64,000 nt of DNA from Steroidobacteraceae bacterium (GTDB lineage: Bacteria > Pseudomonadota > Gammaproteobacteria > Steroidobacterales > Steroidobacteraceae), in assembly GCA_044375575.1 (NCBI GenBank), contig JBILMJ010000010.1:2282-66281 (forward strand), given 5' to 3'. Position 1 is the first letter of the stretch. Each line of letters opens with the position of its first letter. Position numbers and translations under genes: made by a program. Shown here piece by piece: positions 62,083 through 64,000 of this stretch. The notes under the pieces were generated by a model. It saw only the letters and a program-made list of their open reading frames with translations, made no database searches and was not told where the DNA came from.

Positions 62083-63138
62083 CTAATTGGGGTTTGCCGA
62101 CGCCGTCTGCCAGGCCAGCTCGGCCAAGGGCTCCACTTGCGCCGCGTATTTCTTTGCTTCGGGACTTACTGCGGTCCCACGCTGTACGCGGCCTGCGATC
62201 CCGTGACAAATGGCAGCAAGTCGGAACATGCAAAACGCCAAGTAGTAGTTCAGGTGCGGAATGTCGTCGAGGCCACGCTTGGCGCAGTACGCGTCGACGT
62301 ATTCCCGCTCCATCGGCAGACCGAGCTCCTGGAGATCTCTTCCGTAGAGACCCCGAACACCACCCGAGGCCATGCGATAAGCCATCAGGTGATACGCGAA
62401 ATCGGCGATGGGATCACCGATCGTGGACAACTCCCAGTCGAGAACGGCGATGATTCGCGGCTCATGCTGGTGGAACATGAGGTTATCCAATCGATAGTCC
62501 CCGTGAACGATCGTCGGAGCCGAGACGGTGTCCGGCATATTCCGAGGAAGCCAATCGATCAACTTTTCCAAATATTGAACGCGCCCGGCAGCCTCGACTT
62601 CGATCGCGTATTGCTTCGACCATCTGGAAACCTGACGCTCGACATATCCCTCGGGTCGGCCAAAATCCTCGAGGCCGACTGCGCGGTAGTCGATCGCATG
62701 CAACTCGGCCAACGTGCTCACCATCGCGTCATAAATCGGCCGTCGCTCGGGCCGAGACAACTCAGGCAGTGCCGGCTCCCAAAACAATCGTCCTTCGACG
62801 AATTGAACAACGTAGAACGCAGTGCCGATGACGTTGACGTCTTCGCACAACACCAATGGCTTGGCGACCGGAAATTTGGAATGCGCCGCAAGCGCAGACA
62901 TCACGCGGTATTCCCGCTCGATGGCGTGCGCAGACGGAACGAGATTTCCCGGGGGTTTGCGGCGTAGAACGTACGACGCGTTTTGGCCATCCAGACGATA
63001 CGTCGGATTGGATTGTCCGCCCGGAAATTGCGTGACGTGCAGTGGCGATGAAAAGTCGGATATCTTCCCCGACAGATAACGCTCGAGCGCTTCGACATCG
63101 AACTCGAGACCCTTGCGAAATTGATGAGCCCGATTCAT
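62083..63138 (-). CDS. Phosphotransferase-family protein (APH/ACAD10-11 N-terminal kinase-like)
   Basis: 351 aa. The N-terminus is FPGGQSNPTYRL. The catalytic loop is IVHGDYRLDNLMF, followed by AVLDWELSTIGDP. Confidence 0.75.
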   Translation of the reverse strand: MNRAHQFRKGLEFDVEALERYLSGKISDFSSPLHVTQFPGGQSNPTYRLDGQNASYVLRRKPPGNLVPSAHAIEREYRVMSALAAHSKFPVAKPLVLCEDVNVIGTAFYVVQFVEGRLFWEPALPELSRPERRPIYDAMVSTLAELHAIDYRAVGLEDFGRPEGYVERQVSRWSKQYAIEVEAAGRVQYLEKLIDWLPRNMPDTVSAPTIVHGDYRLDNLMFHQHEPRIIAVLDWELSTIGDPIADFAYHLMAYRMASGGVRGLYGRDLQELGLPMEREYVDAYCAKRGLDDIPHLNYYLAFCMFRLAAICHGIAGRVQRGTAVSPEAKKYAAQVEPLAELAWQTASANPN

Positions 63139-63168
63139 GCGTGAGTGCGATCGTCGACGCGACTCGAA

Positions 63169-63849
63169 TCAAACAGCACGAATGGCTTTCTGGCGCTTCG
63201 ATGTCTCCGACGGCGCTTTGTTCTCGAGCCGGATTTTCAGATCTGCCTTGAGCTGCCTGAACATCGACGACAGTGGCATTTTGGAATTGGCGAGCCACTG
63301 ATAAATGATTCCCGCCATCGAGGCGGCATATTGCTCTGCCACTCTCATCGGATCCAGATCCGGATCGACCGTTCCCGCGGTCTGCCCCGCTTTCACCCAC
63401 TGCGCCACATCGCGGCGTTGCGCCTTGTGCACGATCGCAATGTTCGATTTGTAATCGGCGGAGGGATCGATACTCAAAAACCAGAGCAAATACATGGCCC
63501 GAACTTCTTCCGGTCGTTCGCGAATGAACACCTCGGCGGCATCCGTCGCCGCCATGAGCGCATCGACACCGACTCGCTCGCCTACGGCCACCTGTACTCG
63601 ATCAAGCCAGTCGACGCTCGCTTCCTGCAAAACCTTGCCGAACAGACCCGCCTTCGATCCGAATCGATGTGTCGCAAGACCTCGGCTGTAACCCGCAAGC
63701 TCACCGACCGCTTGGAGCGTCGTGCCATTGATACCCACCTTGACGATGAGTTCGATGGCGGCGTCCATGAGCCGCCGATCGGAAAGTGCCACACGATCTG
63801 CCTGACGGCGTCGTGCAGGCGGCGGAGAGGCGGTTGCAGCTTTTGACAT
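63169..63849 (-). CDS. TetR/AcrR-family transcriptional regulator
   Basis: ATG at 63849. The HTH region is DAAIELIVKVGINGTTLQAVGELAGYSRGLATHRFGSKAGL. Confidence 0.85.
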   Translation of the reverse strand: MSKAATASPPPARRRQADRVALSDRRLMDAAIELIVKVGINGTTLQAVGELAGYSRGLATHRFGSKAGLFGKVLQEASVDWLDRVQVAVGERVGVDALMAATDAAEVFIRERPEEVRAMYLLWFLSIDPSADYKSNIAIVHKAQRRDVAQWVKAGQTAGTVDPDLDPMRVAEQYAASMAGIIYQWLANSKMPLSSMFRQLKADLKIRLENKAPSETSKRQKAIRAV

Positions 63850-63873
63850 CAATGAGCTCTTTCTTTGGCCACT

Positions 63874-64000
63874 TTAGATTGCAGCACGAACCTTGGGCAG
63901 CACATGTTTTGCGACATATTCGAGTCGTCGCTGGCCTGCTGCGACGGTTTCTCCAGGTAGCCGCGCCCAGATGTGCAAGTCACGGATCTGAGGATACTCA
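63874..64000 (-). CDS. 3' end of a gene entering from the right edge (C-terminus resembles luciferase-like monooxygenase / F420-dependent LLM oxidoreductases)
   Basis: My reverse-strand translation reads ...EYPQIRDLHIWARLPGETVAAGQRRLEYVAKHVLPKVRAAI*, with the stop at 63876-63874. The ...EYVAKHVLPKV ending is typical of LLM-class C-termini. Only 41 codons are visible. Confidence 0.3.
   Translation of the reverse strand, partial: EYPQIRDLHIWARLPGETVAAGQRRLEYVAKHVLPKVRAAI

Noticed and set aside
1-64000. Search for tRNA/rRNA genes, CRISPR arrays, IS elements, integrases or direct repeats bounding the AT-rich island
   Set aside because: None was recognised. The right island boundary (about 11054-11076) shows only a composition step. 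The left boundary lies outside the window, so no mobile element is called.

Overview
This is a 64-kb window from a high-GC, Gram-negative (proteobacterium-like) chromosome. I recognised no rRNA, tRNA, CRISPR array, integrase or transposase. All family calls come from motif recognition by eye on the supplied translations and my own reverse-strand reading. No database search was run. The ORF track translates GTG/TTG first codons as M, so several starts were re-set to internal ATGs where the gene context supported it. The window has five blocks. (1) 1-11.06 kb is a visibly AT-richer island (sampled 60-nt lines about 45% GC versus about 70% further right), entirely on the minus strand. It encodes 2-aminoethylphosphonate (AEP) biosynthesis: a cytidylyltransferase::PEP-mutase fusion, phosphonopyruvate decarboxylase, a class V aminotransferase and a second cytidylyltransferase. 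It also encodes three methyltransferases (one with a kinase-like tail), an Asp/Asn beta-hydroxylase-family dioxygenase, a TagF-like phosphotransferase and a GT-B-like protein. A 1.26-kb ORF-free AT-rich gap splits the island. (2) 11.08-35.4 kb is a flagellar late-gene region. On the minus strand it carries a GT-A glycosyltransferase, two tandem Maf (DUF115) paralogues and fliD-flgLKJIHGFEDCB, with a giant FlgE (1117 aa), a giant FlgK (1070 aa) and a rod-binding-only FlgJ. Back-to-back sigma-54 promoters follow, then fliC-flgA-flgM-flgN (+) and fliK plus a flhB-like gene (-). (3) 35.4-41.9 kb encodes secreted and lipoprotein hydrolases and a SPOR protein. (4) 42.0-55.9 kb is a seven-gene, translationally coupled operon. 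It encodes a cytoplasmic FAD/cNMP/Fe-S protein, a di-heme-b-like membrane protein, an FHA-anchored decaheme cytochrome, a double-GlcG lipoprotein, an outer-membrane barrel candidate, a decaheme::LVIVD-repeat giant and a pentaheme cytochrome. (5) 56-64 kb encodes an HD-like protein, an MDR oxidoreductase, a CofC::CofG::CofH triple fusion (F420/FO synthesis), an NADPH-F420 reductase, an APH-like kinase, a TetR regulator and a partial LLM-like gene. The two best candidates for undescribed biology are the trans-envelope multiheme module in block 4 and the phosphonate island fused to the flagellin-glycosylation and flagellar structural operon in blocks 1 and 2.
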